Source: an uncultured Methanomicrobiales archaeon (GTDB lineage Archaea > Halobacteriota > Methanomicrobia > Methanomicrobiales > Methanospirillaceae). Taken from it: 64,000 nucleotides of DNA. The stretch is taken from positions 68,936 through 132,935 of the forward strand of contig CAVWXH010000005.1 in the NCBI GenBank assembly GCA_963758915.1, in the 5' to 3' direction. Below the pieces are notes generated by a model. The model searched no databases and had not been told where the DNA came from. It saw only the letters and a program-made list of their open reading frames with translations. Below are positions 19,892 through 30,079 of the stretch, piece after piece (position 1 is the stretch's first letter; the number at the start of each line of letters is the position of its first letter). Position numbers and translations under genes: made by a program.

Positions 19892-21229
19892 CTATTGGGA
19901 ATTCTTACGTTTCAGGTAACCTGACAGGTAATTCAATAACCCGTGGACGCCGTCAGTCTCGGGGTGGACTTCAAGGAATGAGGAGAAATCGTCTGCAGTG
20001 TACCCTTTCTGCATCAGGAATGCGATATAACTCGTGATAATCCCTGCTCCCGGGCCCGATGTTGAAACCCCCTGCAACAATCCCGTTTCAGGGTTAACGC
20101 TGACCTTCGCAAGACCCGTGGCATTGAAGGGGACTTTCCAGAACGTACCGGGACCTGCCGGCCCGGGGAGACTCACTGAGACTGTGCCGTCATTTGACGG
20201 GTTACAAAAAGCATGTTCGCTTGCAAGGCTGACCGACTGGGGAAAGTACTGGTAGTCCATCGTGGTCACCCTTCCAAGGATGTTCTCTGCGGCAACAATT
20301 CCTTCATGACGGGCGACAGGGGTAAGATACGGCGGGCCTGTAACATCCCCTGCAGCATACACCCCTTTTATGCTGGTCTCCATGTGACTGTCAACAAGCA
20401 CCTCCCCACCAGGCCCCTTTTTCATGCCATGGAGGTTTTCAGATCGAGGGGAGAGCCCGGTGGCAATAAAGAGTGCGTCACATTCAATCTCCTGTTGTGA
20501 TGCATCCGGTGTCCGGACGGAAACAGAGCTCAGGTGCCGCTCACCGTTAACGGTCAGCAACGAGGTCCCGGAATGGATAGTAACCCCTTCGAGCTCTGGT
20601 AATGCGACCGCGCGCTGCCGGTCGTCAAGTACTTTCAGTACATCACTGCGGGCAACCATGCTTACATCGCACCCGAACGAAGAAAAAATAAAGGCAAATT
20701 CGGCAGCCATTACACCGCCGCCGAGGACAACCATCGTTCGGGGTAACCGGTCCATCTGTGCGAGTGTATGCGGGTTATATACCCCCTCCATCGAGATCCC
20801 CGGGACGTCCGGTATTACAGGGGAAGAACCGGTTGCTGCAATAACGGCATCAGGCCTGATGACCTCGCTACCCAGCCGGACTTCGTTTCCATGGAGAACC
20901 GCATCAGTACCGTACTGGATCTCAACCCCCGTACTGCGGGTCTCAGCATCGAGGATACGGGCAATTTTTTTCTGGATTTCCAGCATTTCACAGATTAATG
21001 TTGGAAAATTTACTTGCGGTACCCGGTCGATGACACCGAGCCGCTGGAGGTCACGGGCATTCCGGACAACCCGTGCCGCGTCATTCAGCGCACAGACTAC
21101 CATGCAGCCGAAATTAAGGCACTGGCCCCCGATAGCACCACGCTCTGCAAGGAGGACCTCCTTTCCGGCATGTGAGAGGTGCATTGCGGCTATGCGGCCT
21201 GCCGGGCCACCACCAAGGACGACGATCAT
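19892..21229 (-). CDS. Dihydrolipoamide-dehydrogenase-like FAD-dependent disulfide oxidoreductase
   Basis: Starts MIVVLGGGPAG; redox motif GGQCLNFGC; VYAAGDV; C-terminal HPET. Confidence 0.88.
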   Translation of the reverse strand: MIVVLGGGPAGRIAAMHLSHAGKEVLLAERGAIGGQCLNFGCMVVCALNDAARVVRNARDLQRLGVIDRVPQVNFPTLICEMLEIQKKIARILDAETRSTGVEIQYGTDAVLHGNEVRLGSEVIRPDAVIAATGSSPVIPDVPGISMEGVYNPHTLAQMDRLPRTMVVLGGGVMAAEFAFIFSSFGCDVSMVARSDVLKVLDDRQRAVALPELEGVTIHSGTSLLTVNGERHLSSVSVRTPDASQQEIECDALFIATGLSPRSENLHGMKKGPGGEVLVDSHMETSIKGVYAAGDVTGPPYLTPVARHEGIVAAENILGRVTTMDYQYFPQSVSLASEHAFCNPSNDGTVSVSLPGPAGPGTFWKVPFNATGLAKVSVNPETGLLQGVSTSGPGAGIITSYIAFLMQKGYTADDFSSFLEVHPETDGVHGLLNYLSGYLKRKNSQ

Positions 21230-21236
21230 GGGATGA

Positions 21237-22205
21237 TCAGAGTATCTCGCACCCTTCATCCATCGGCTGGGAGAGGACTTCACCGGTGAATGCGTTCACT
21301 TCGACAATTTTTTTGCCCCTGACCTGCCAGACCGGGAAATGCACGAGGTCAATATCAATGCTGATATTCTTCTTTTCCGGCTTCATGACCTTTTCTTCGT
21401 AGAAGATGGTATCTCCCTTCACCTGCTTGATCCGCACACGCTGGGTGAGTTGCTCCACCAGTTCACCAAATATCCTGGTATTCGCCTCATCCTTCGAAGT
21501 TTTAGGTCCGACTACCTCTGCGTCCCCCGGGATTTCGCCTTTATCGATTGTTTTCGGATCAATCTCGAGTTTTAACCCGTTAATCGCGTTGATTGCACCC
21601 CACCCTTCAGAATCGAATGGAATACGGTGGTCCTGGTAGACCTGTTCGCCGCTGCTCATGTAGTGGTACACCCAGTGAGGCATAAACTTCAGGATGGCCG
21701 CCCCCTGCGTTCCGGAAATCCGTTCTGCATTCTGTTTTGTTACCTTTACCGGCAGGTGCGGGATACTGACCCCTGTACTTTCAGCTACGACCGGCTCTGG
21801 TGTGGTATCAGTTGCGCTATCTGGTATTGGCCCGGGTCCCGCTCCCGGGATGAGGGTGAGCGAGAGTTCGCGATCAAGGACCCTGGCAAGGGTTGCCTCC
21901 CCTGAAAGACGGACAAACTCCCTGACGCCCCAGATGATGCAATGCTCCGTATGAATCGTATTGTCAAGGGTAAACAGGAGTTTTTTACAGGGAACCTGCT
22001 CTCCCCCGATGATGATGTCATAGTTTGTCCTGTCAAACTCAGCAATGGTGTCAGCCTCCACAGAACAGAGCACTGCCACATATTCATCATCCCTGACCGC
22101 CGAGAGGTCAAGGGGGTCATCCACTTCCTCTACCTCGAATCCTGCCGCTTCAAGGATAAGTTTCACGGCATTTTTCGCCTTTTCCCGCGTCTCGTGTTCC
22201 ATCAT
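21237..22205 (-). CDS. Conserved hypothetical protein
   Basis: 322-aa ORF with normal composition, ending 7 nt before the oxidoreductase start. Confidence 0.75.
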   Translation of the reverse strand: MMEHETREKAKNAVKLILEAAGFEVEEVDDPLDLSAVRDDEYVAVLCSVEADTIAEFDRTNYDIIIGGEQVPCKKLLFTLDNTIHTEHCIIWGVREFVRLSGEATLARVLDRELSLTLIPGAGPGPIPDSATDTTPEPVVAESTGVSIPHLPVKVTKQNAERISGTQGAAILKFMPHWVYHYMSSGEQVYQDHRIPFDSEGWGAINAINGLKLEIDPKTIDKGEIPGDAEVVGPKTSKDEANTRIFGELVEQLTQRVRIKQVKGDTIFYEEKVMKPEKKNISIDIDLVHFPVWQVRGKKIVEVNAFTGEVLSQPMDEGCEIL

Positions 22206-22246
22206 GCATACATTTCCCCTGTCTTATAGAACAATTTTTCTCTTTC

Positions 22247-23011
22247 ATGATGGAAAACTGTACAATGACAAGCCCCCCGAAATTCATTAATCACCGGATA
22301 GAAGAATTTGCCATGCAGGTCACCTACAGTCCTGAGGAGAGGACCGGCACTCTTGTCTATAATCTTTCACTTATCCGGAGTGAAGACCTTGAATTTGCGA
22401 TAAAGATTTTTAAAGATGCTTACAGGGCGGGTATAAGTGTGAGCGGACTTGTGCGGTTCCTGCAACCTGGTGCAATGGTAGAAGATTACCAGGTGCCAGA
22501 GGGTTGCATTGGTATGGTATCCGTCTGCAGCTCCACCCTTGATGGCCTTCTGCTCAGGCGCGGGATCCCCATGAACCCGATAGGCGGGGGTATTGTTGAG
22601 ATTGATCACCGGGTCCCGAAACGGTTTATTCACATGATCCTGTACGAGCATACGACAATTGATCCTCTCCAGGTCCTTATATCGCAGGAGCTCACATCGG
22701 TAAATGCGGTCATGAGGCGGGGGAGCGGAAACCTCCTCGCAAATATCCGTGAATGCCACATGGAGGCGGAATCCCTTGTCGGGGAAGTGCTGGACAGTCT
22801 TACGGGAAGTGACCTGTCGGGCATCCTCGAGGTCGGCATGCCAAACACCCCCGCATTAGGTGTTACGGTGGACCCGCAGTACCTAGGAATTGTTGCGGTG
22901 GGTGGAACGAACCCGATGGCTGCAATCCGGGAAGAAGGGCGGTGGGAGGTAATCAGGGCAATGAAAGGTCTTATGGACGCCGGTGAAATGACCCATATCA
23001 ACGAATACTGA
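22247..23011 (+). CDS. NrpR regulatory-domain (DUF128) protein, NrpRII-like
   Basis: VCSSTLDGLL, YEHTTIDPL and GGTNPMAA motifs; no N-terminal wHTH. Confidence 0.82.
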   Translation: MMENCTMTSPPKFINHRIEEFAMQVTYSPEERTGTLVYNLSLIRSEDLEFAIKIFKDAYRAGISVSGLVRFLQPGAMVEDYQVPEGCIGMVSVCSSTLDGLLLRRGIPMNPIGGGIVEIDHRVPKRFIHMILYEHTTIDPLQVLISQELTSVNAVMRRGSGNLLANIRECHMEAESLVGEVLDSLTGSDLSGILEVGMPNTPALGVTVDPQYLGIVAVGGTNPMAAIREEGRWEVIRAMKGLMDAGEMTHINEY

Positions 23012-23041
23012 TTTCCTCTCCTTTTTTCCTGACATCTGAAT

Positions 23042-23809
23042 TTACTCTTTTCCGGCCCATTCTCTGAAAAAACGCCAGTATGAACTGAAAAATCTGACAA
23101 ACCCGTCAGATTCGGAATAGAGCCCTGTCAATCCCTCGTCCTGCGGGCCCATTATCACCATGACGCGATTGCAGTCAATTAAAAAGACCCCGCCCGCAAC
23201 GGTTTTACCCTGAATTTCATGTCCGATTGGTGGTTTTTTGATAATCAGCTGAAGGTTCTGCGGGACCTTTCCCGGCCACTGGTCGACAATAATTTCTATT
23301 GCCACGCTCTTACCAGCAGTTTCAAGCTGCTCTATCATGCCGGGGGTAAAAAAAGTGTTGCTGCTGATAATACGGATGTTCTGTTGTGCGTGACCGATAA
23401 GGTCTGAAATCCTGATATGGATATTTTCCAGGCCGTAGATACTCCATATCAGCTCCTGTGTCCCGCGTTCAACCCCGATCCTCTGGCTGAATATGTCAGA
23501 AAGGACTTTTTTGGCCTCCTGTGCATTCGCCTCAATACCTGAGAGGAGGTTGCTGATCCCTTCATCAGGGGGCATTGCATCGAACCGTTTCGGTGAGGTG
23601 TTCGATACGGAAACAAGATTCTTCTGGATGAGCCGGTCGAGGACGGGGTACACCGATGCGCGAGGCACCCCCGATATCTCGTGGATCTCAGTTGCAGTTG
23701 CCCCGGCAACTTTTAACAGGGCAATATAGACGAGTGCCTCATACTTTGTGAGCCCTAGTGACTTCAGAGATTCGGCAATATTTGAGAGTTCATCCTGTGA
23801 TTCGGCCAT
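23042..23809 (-). CDS. TrmB family transcriptional regulator
   Basis: LGLTKYEALVYIALL...SGVPRASVYPVLDRL wHTH domain. Confidence 0.9.
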   Translation of the reverse strand: MAESQDELSNIAESLKSLGLTKYEALVYIALLKVAGATATEIHEISGVPRASVYPVLDRLIQKNLVSVSNTSPKRFDAMPPDEGISNLLSGIEANAQEAKKVLSDIFSQRIGVERGTQELIWSIYGLENIHIRISDLIGHAQQNIRIISSNTFFTPGMIEQLETAGKSVAIEIIVDQWPGKVPQNLQLIIKKPPIGHEIQGKTVAGGVFLIDCNRVMVIMGPQDEGLTGLYSESDGFVRFFSSYWRFFREWAGKE

Positions 23810-23873
23810 TGAATACCTATATATACGGTTGAGTAATAAATGTTGTTATAACAATAACAACAAGTGATTTCGA

Positions 23874-25154
23874 ATGGAAATACGGTATTTTCTGATAGCA
23901 ATATTCATGGTTTTTTTAATGGCGCCGGCAATGGCCGGGACATTGTATATCTCCGATGGTCCGACGTTCACCGCAACGGTTGCAGGGACTAACCAGTTTT
24001 CACCGGGTAAAGATCTGCAACTCCCGGTTAAAATTGAAAACAGCGGCCTTAACCGCCTTAAATTTGTGCAAACCGGCTATATCGAACGGGACGACCTACC
24101 CAATACAGCGAAATTTGTTACTGCATCACTTTCACCCGGGGGCTCCCCGGTGATAATAAAATCTGATTCACAGGTAATGGGAGATCTTCCCGGTGGAAAA
24201 AGTGTCCAGGTGATCTATACTATCAAAATTCCGAAACAGGCAGCTGCTGGTGAATACTTACTGCCCCTGACCATCAGCTACCAGTTCCTTGCAGGAGCTG
24301 AGCAGAGTGCCGGCGATCTCATCGAGTACCAGTACAAGACAAAGAGTGTTGTGGTAACCCTGCCCCTGACAATCGAGCCGAACGTATTCCTTGACGTGTC
24401 ACCTGTAACCAGCGGGGGGCTGAACGTCGGTACCGAGGGATATCTCGATCTGAATATTACGAACAGCGGGGGGGAGGATGCACATGCTGCCACCATAAAA
24501 ATTTTGAGAAGTGGCAACAGCCCGGTAACACCAACTGACAGCAGCGTTTTTATTGGAGACTTCCCTGCCGGGAATTCAACGGTTGGCAGGTTTAAAGTGT
24601 CAGTCTCCCGCGATGCGGAAGCACAGGAGTACCCGGTTGATGTTATTGCCGTGTATAAAAATCATGAAGGGGACACGGTTACATCTGCCCCGGTCACCGT
24701 GGGGATCCCGGTGAATGGAAGGATCGGGTTTGACGTCGTGAACGCGGACTCGGATATGAGTGCCGGTAAGAAAAAGGTTATTGAAGTCACCTACCGTAAT
24801 TCGGGTGATGTTACAGCCTACAGCGCCCAGGCACGGATCAGTGTTGTGGACCCCTTCACCAGTAACGATGATTCTGCCTACCTTGGGGATATTGCCCCTG
24901 GAAAAACCGCTGTTGCGCGATATGAAGTAGGCGTGAGTTCCGATGCAGTAGCAAAAGACTATGCGTTCGATTCCGAGGTGAGGTACCGTGACTCTCTTGA
25001 CAACAGCCAGATATCAGATCCCGTGAAGGTGCCGGTCACCGTTGTCGAGGCAACGGCCATGGATGGCGTAATGGCCAACCTGGTATTGATAGTCGCAGGG
25101 ATCGTAGTGGTCGGAGCGGCAGGGTATTATCTGCTTGTAATGCGAAAGAAATAA
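23874..25154 (+). CDS. COG1361 S-layer-domain-like cell-surface protein
   Basis: Signal peptide, Ig-like repeats (DPFTSNDDSAYLGDIAPG, DSEVRYRD), C-terminal TM plus basic tail. Confidence 0.82.
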   Translation: MEIRYFLIAIFMVFLMAPAMAGTLYISDGPTFTATVAGTNQFSPGKDLQLPVKIENSGLNRLKFVQTGYIERDDLPNTAKFVTASLSPGGSPVIIKSDSQVMGDLPGGKSVQVIYTIKIPKQAAAGEYLLPLTISYQFLAGAEQSAGDLIEYQYKTKSVVVTLPLTIEPNVFLDVSPVTSGGLNVGTEGYLDLNITNSGGEDAHAATIKILRSGNSPVTPTDSSVFIGDFPAGNSTVGRFKVSVSRDAEAQEYPVDVIAVYKNHEGDTVTSAPVTVGIPVNGRIGFDVVNADSDMSAGKKKVIEVTYRNSGDVTAYSAQARISVVDPFTSNDDSAYLGDIAPGKTAVARYEVGVSSDAVAKDYAFDSEVRYRDSLDNSQISDPVKVPVTVVEATAMDGVMANLVLIVAGIVVVGAAGYYLLVMRKK

Positions 25155-25278
25155 TCAATTATTGATTTTTTTAATTTTAGACCTTTTTAATCAGGGTATC
25201 CGTTTTCCACTCCTGATCTGGTTCATGTCAGCACTGTCCGTGATATCCTTGGAATGAAAAAAGGATGATGGTATTATT

Positions 25279-26400
25279 TTAAGGTAAGAGTGATAAACCG
25301 GACTGGTACGCCATTACCTTATTGAAGGCTGTAATCGTTCCCTGGGTAGATGCTGTTTCAGAATAGATAAGGTCCTCGGACTTTGAGGAATTTGTGCCAC
25401 GGGCTTCCTGAATATGCGCCTTAATATATGCCATTGTCGAGCCACTTGCAGGGATTTGCCCCTGTGGTGTACCATATGGCTTGACATTTATTCCATAATT
25501 CAGGACAATGGGTGCAGTTGCGTCAGTGCCGATAAACCTGTCATTTGCACTAGATGTGACTGAACCGATGGTAAGGTCGTACTTACTACCAGCCTGGACG
25601 ATGTTGCAGTATGCCGGAATCACATTTGTTGTTGCAGCTGCAAATGGGCAGAGAATCTTATCGGAGAGGGTACCCCAGGTGCTCGAACCATCAAGCATGA
25701 GGTTTTCAGATCCTATTGCATTGCCACCGTTATCGGTTGCAACATAGGTAAGACCCGTTTCAGCCTTGATGTTCGACTCTCCCGTTACCTTGTTCCCGGT
25801 ATTGATTATCAGGCTCTTTGTGAACACTGTATGTCCCGACTGTGCAATGACATCCGCATCATAAGCTGATGTATAGGTTGCCATTTCAGGATCCAGAGGT
25901 GATTGGGCTAATATTATGTGATTATTATCCCCTGTTGTTCCAAATCCTCCAGTTAAATCATATTTGATCCCTGGCAGGATTGATGTACCCCTTAACTCAT
26001 CATAACGTCTCCAATTTGGAGAACTAACTGCTGGTTGCCAATGATTAAATGTATAAGTCCCAGGGGTAAGAATTGTATCGAGAATCCCCCCGTTTCCATT
26101 CCCACCAGCGGCGGGGACCTGACCTTGGCGTAACCCGGCAGTTCCCGATGAAACTGCTACATCCCTGCCTAAAATGTCAATTAAATGTAGTTCTGCATAA
26201 TCCTTGCTCCTGACCGGTGTAGTGATCTGCCATGTGACATCAGAAGTGGTCGTTACCAACCCGACAACGTCAATGGTGGTTGTAATATCAAACTGCTGGA
26301 TCTCCGGCGTTGCGTTGATACCCGGATCCGCAATCACTGCATAGGTAAATATAAGGAATGCTGACAGGGCAAGAATGCCCCAAAATCTCATATTATCCAT
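25279..26400 (-). CDS. Secreted beta-rich protein, putative sheath (MspA-like) family, with ~106-aa insert
   Basis: Signal peptide; LCPF...PAYCNIVQAGSKYDLT motif shared with the paralogues at 39.8-42 kb. Family name is from recollection of the Methanospirillum sheath protein and is not verified. Confidence 0.7.
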   Translation of the reverse strand: MDNMRFWGILALSAFLIFTYAVIADPGINATPEIQQFDITTTIDVVGLVTTTSDVTWQITTPVRSKDYAELHLIDILGRDVAVSSGTAGLRQGQVPAAGGNGNGGILDTILTPGTYTFNHWQPAVSSPNWRRYDELRGTSILPGIKYDLTGGFGTTGDNNHIILAQSPLDPEMATYTSAYDADVIAQSGHTVFTKSLIINTGNKVTGESNIKAETGLTYVATDNGGNAIGSENLMLDGSSTWGTLSDKILCPFAAATTNVIPAYCNIVQAGSKYDLTIGSVTSSANDRFIGTDATAPIVLNYGINVKPYGTPQGQIPASGSTMAYIKAHIQEARGTNSSKSEDLIYSETASTQGTITAFNKVMAYQSGLSLLP

Positions 26401-26850
26401 TTTTATGGTAAAACACCTCCATAAACTGAAAAATCCCCCCCCTATGAGTAGATTATCAGTTGTTGAATGTTATGATTAAGAATCCATAAAATTTTCGATA
26501 ATATTAGTTCATTCACTTCATCTCTCAAAGTTCTATGATATCAGAGTTAAGCGTGTATTCCAAATTATTATGAATTTCCTGATTACTCTGGAATCGAAAA
26601 TACAAAAACTCTTGTTTGAGTTATGATCGACAAGATAAAATTAATTCATATTATAATTGGAGATCTTCTGCTGGCTTTGCCAGAAAGGAGAAGAATTATT
26701 TACCTCCCGGGATCGATTCTTAATAGTATTATTACAGGCCATCAACAGGCAAATTCCTGCAGACCGAAGGATAGTGAAGCATATTTTCGTTGTGTGGCAG
26801 TTGAAAAATGAGTCATAATAACATGGTCAACAGGGGTTTATCTGGTTAAA

Positions 26851-27564
26851 ATGAAAGAAAAAGTGATGTTTACATGGGATGGGCCCCTGCCGGAACCGCA
26901 GGTGCGGATGGCAGAAGACCTCATGCAGGTGCTGGCTGACAGGAACTGCACCATGAAAGGCCCGGCTTATTTTATGTACCGGGACCTCGCCCGCTCGAAT
27001 GTGGACAGGGAATGGCTCCGGGACCAGGAACTCAGGTACGATGTTACCGTTATCCCCCCGTCAGTCCTGTGTGGGGAATATGTAAAAACGAAGGGGCATT
27101 ATCATCCCGATAATCATCATGGCGTCGGATACCCGGAAATTTATGAGATTATTGAAGGGTCAGCCGAGTATCTTCTCCAGGACAAAGCGCTTTCTGATGC
27201 GGTATGTATCGCTGGAGGGAAGGGGGATATTATTCTGATTCCACCCGGTTATGGTCATGTTACGATCAATCCTGGCAATACATCCCTTGTCATGGCGAAT
27301 ATTGTCTCTACTGCATTCGAAAGCATTTACGCAGATTATGAAGACCTCCGGGGGGCAGTGTATTACCGGATGGAACGCCAGGGTTATGTGAAAAACCCGG
27401 AGTATCCAAAACATCCACGACTGCGGCATATCAAAAAATGCAATGCTGCAGGATTTCCAACCATCCATAACCGGTCCCTGTATGGAATAATCGGTGAGAA
27501 AGACGCGCTCCGGTTCCTGAATTACCCTGAACAATTCCGGTTCGATGATGTTGTAAAGGGTTAA
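26851..27564 (+). CDS. Cupin-type (archaeal) glucose-6-phosphate isomerase
   Basis: YFMYRD, KTKGHYH, YPEIYE and IPPGYGHVTINP motifs. Confidence 0.88.
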   Translation: MKEKVMFTWDGPLPEPQVRMAEDLMQVLADRNCTMKGPAYFMYRDLARSNVDREWLRDQELRYDVTVIPPSVLCGEYVKTKGHYHPDNHHGVGYPEIYEIIEGSAEYLLQDKALSDAVCIAGGKGDIILIPPGYGHVTINPGNTSLVMANIVSTAFESIYADYEDLRGAVYYRMERQGYVKNPEYPKHPRLRHIKKCNAAGFPTIHNRSLYGIIGEKDALRFLNYPEQFRFDDVVKG

Positions 27565-28300
27565 AAAAGAAGGCTCGGGGTCGTTCTTTTGTGCCCGCTT
27601 TTTTTAACCATTGCCAGCACCTTTTCCTGGACAGGGGTTGTTGCCTGTTCCAGTCGTTTGCCTCGAGCGCGACCAGTGCCCCGTCGATTTCAGCATATGT
27701 CAGGCCGATCTCGTCCTCATCTTTCTGGCCATGCCAGAGTCCGGCTGAGGGGGCCTTCGTAATAATAGTATCAGGGACCCCGATTTCCCTGGCCGCTTCG
27801 TAGACCCCGCCTTTATAAAGGTGGAGGATAGGCTGGAAGTCTGCGGCATTATCGCCGAATTTTGTCGTATAACCAAGCATATACTCGGTGCGGTTTGATG
27901 TGCCACAGACAAGGCGGTTGTCCCGGTTCGCGTAATAATAGAGTATTGCCATCCGGGTGCGTGCCATAAGATTTCCAAGGATATACGAAGTCCCGGTAAA
28001 GCCCGGCAATTTCCGGTATGTGTCAAGGAAGGGTTCAATTGATATAATTTCGTGCCTCATCCCGAGTTCAAGGCACAGATCCGCCGCGTCCCTGATATCC
28101 GCATCACTCGTTATTGCGCTTGGCAGCGTGAGACCAAGCACGTTCTCCCCGCTCAAAGCTTTGCAGCACATTGCGGCTGCAACCGCGGAGTCCACCCCTC
28201 CGCTGACCCCGATGACCACACCGGCCGCCCCGCTGTTCCAGACGGTAAACCTGATCATCTGTTCAATACGGCCAAGGCCACACCCGCAGTCAACAGTCAT
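27561..28300 (-). CDS. nadE: NH3-dependent NAD+ synthetase (apparent frameshift near 27650)
   Basis: GVSGGVDSA, GNLMARTRM, GYTTKFGD and KAPSAGLW motifs. The usual C-terminus (EKVLAMVKKSGHKR) is in another frame ending at 27561. Confidence 0.9.
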
Positions 28301-28315
28301 GCAGACATCACATAT

Positions 28316-30034
28316 CTAACAGAGGCGGATAAATTTTTTCAACTGGTGCAGGTCGCCCGTGGCAATCAGTGCATCCCCCTCCAGGATGAGTTCTCCAGGC
28401 GCAGGTTTAACGATTGCCCTGTTCTCTCCCTCGAGCCCGATAATCAGGGAACCACTTTTTTGTTCAACCCAGCCGACGGTCATACCGGCGTGCTTCATCA
28501 TGTGCTTCCTTATCACCTTGTGCCCGTTTGGCAGGTCAAGGATCACGTGTACGCTGTCGGAGAGCACGACACGGGCAATTACCTGTCCACCGATAGTAGG
28601 CAGCAGGGCGACATAATCCGCACCCGCCCGGTAGAGTTTGTCAACCGAAGCAGGATCATTGGCACGGACTAAAATGCGAAGTGAAGGGTTCATATCACGT
28701 GCCATTAGCGTGGTGAAGATATTCACATTGTCATCGTTGAGCGCGATAATGCAGTACCGTGCCTCAGATATCCGGGCATCACGGAGTACCTCCTCGTCCT
28801 CTGCATTTCCCTCCACTCCAAGGACCCCCTGTGGTTTCTGGTCAATAACAACACAGGAAACACCCAGAGCGGTCATATCGTGGTATGCCGACCTCCCCAC
28901 ATCCCCAAACCCTGCAATGACGGCAAAATTCTCTCCGGAAAGCCCGGAAATAAATTCGTTCTCTACCAGCTCTTTCACCCTGTCTGCCCTTCCAAGCAGG
29001 AAGACCCCGCTTGAGAGGTCAATTACTTCATCGTCCCCCGGGTGGAAGACAAATTTCCCGCTCCGGGCCATGAACAGGGTATAAAACCCGTATTTTTCGT
29101 AAAGTCCAATTTCCTTTAATGTTTTGCCCGCAGACCTCGAACCGGGCATTACAGGAATATGGACTACTTTCAATACACTGTCATAGCTGCCTGAACTATC
29201 AAGGATTGCATGGTCTATACCTGATGTATCAAGGGCCCCGGGGTGGTGGGCAGTCAGCTCGGCGTGCCGTGCCAGGATCCTGCCGGTGATATGCTTCGGT
29301 GAGAGGACATACTCTGCACCGGCATGGTGAAGGTAACGGTCAAAAGACAGCTTGTCGACGACGGCGACAATCTTCCCCCGTGTCAACTCCCGAATACCAA
29401 GAATGATTGTTGCCGCTGTGCGCTCGTCTTCGCATATTATGACGGTGCCTGAATTTTTTATCCAGATATTTGACCAGGTCGACGGGTTATTGTAATCTCC
29501 CCAGACCGCGTAAACACTTTTCCGGTAGAGCCTGGCTGCTTCCTGGGCAGCCTTTTCATCCTTGTCAAGGATGACGATATCGTTTTCAGCTATCATCAGG
29601 CTCTCAACGAGCGCCTTTGTAAGCTCCCCATGCCCGACGATGATTATATGGTTTTTTAGCTCATGAGGTGTCCGCTGGGGTGGCGAAGCCCTGAGAATGG
29701 CTGTCAGGTATGGGGCGATGAGGAGCGGGACAATCATGAAGATCAGGGCAATCCCCGTAATCATCATAATGATTGCAAGGAACACCGTGTACTGGTTCTG
29801 GAATGGCAGGAGCTCGCCATACCCCACGGTGGTGATCGTTTCCACCACAAAAAGGAGTGATGAGGGCCAGGATATTGGCTTCTGTTCGAGAACCGGGTAG
29901 AGGTATTTGAACAAAACGGTATATGCCACCATCTGGAGAAAGAAAAGGACAAAATAAAGTCCTATCTTTACTTCCGGTGAACTGTGGACCAGCCTCCAGA
30001 ATAATCCCCGCGTGTCACCCATACCCTGGAGCAC
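28316..30034 (-). CDS. Potassium channel with two RCK (TrkA-N/C) modules
   Basis: Filter TTVGYGE; Rossmann-like IIVGHGEL and IAGFGDVG; AGADYV repeats. Confidence 0.88.
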   Translation of the reverse strand: MLQGMGDTRGLFWRLVHSSPEVKIGLYFVLFFLQMVAYTVLFKYLYPVLEQKPISWPSSLLFVVETITTVGYGELLPFQNQYTVFLAIIMMITGIALIFMIVPLLIAPYLTAILRASPPQRTPHELKNHIIIVGHGELTKALVESLMIAENDIVILDKDEKAAQEAARLYRKSVYAVWGDYNNPSTWSNIWIKNSGTVIICEDERTAATIILGIRELTRGKIVAVVDKLSFDRYLHHAGAEYVLSPKHITGRILARHAELTAHHPGALDTSGIDHAILDSSGSYDSVLKVVHIPVMPGSRSAGKTLKEIGLYEKYGFYTLFMARSGKFVFHPGDDEVIDLSSGVFLLGRADRVKELVENEFISGLSGENFAVIAGFGDVGRSAYHDMTALGVSCVVIDQKPQGVLGVEGNAEDEEVLRDARISEARYCIIALNDDNVNIFTTLMARDMNPSLRILVRANDPASVDKLYRAGADYVALLPTIGGQVIARVVLSDSVHVILDLPNGHKVIRKHMMKHAGMTVGWVEQKSGSLIIGLEGENRAIVKPAPGELILEGDALIATGDLHQLKKFIRLC

Positions 30035-30079
30035 CTCTCTTTCCAGGATGCGTTATAACAATATTTGAATTAGGTATTC

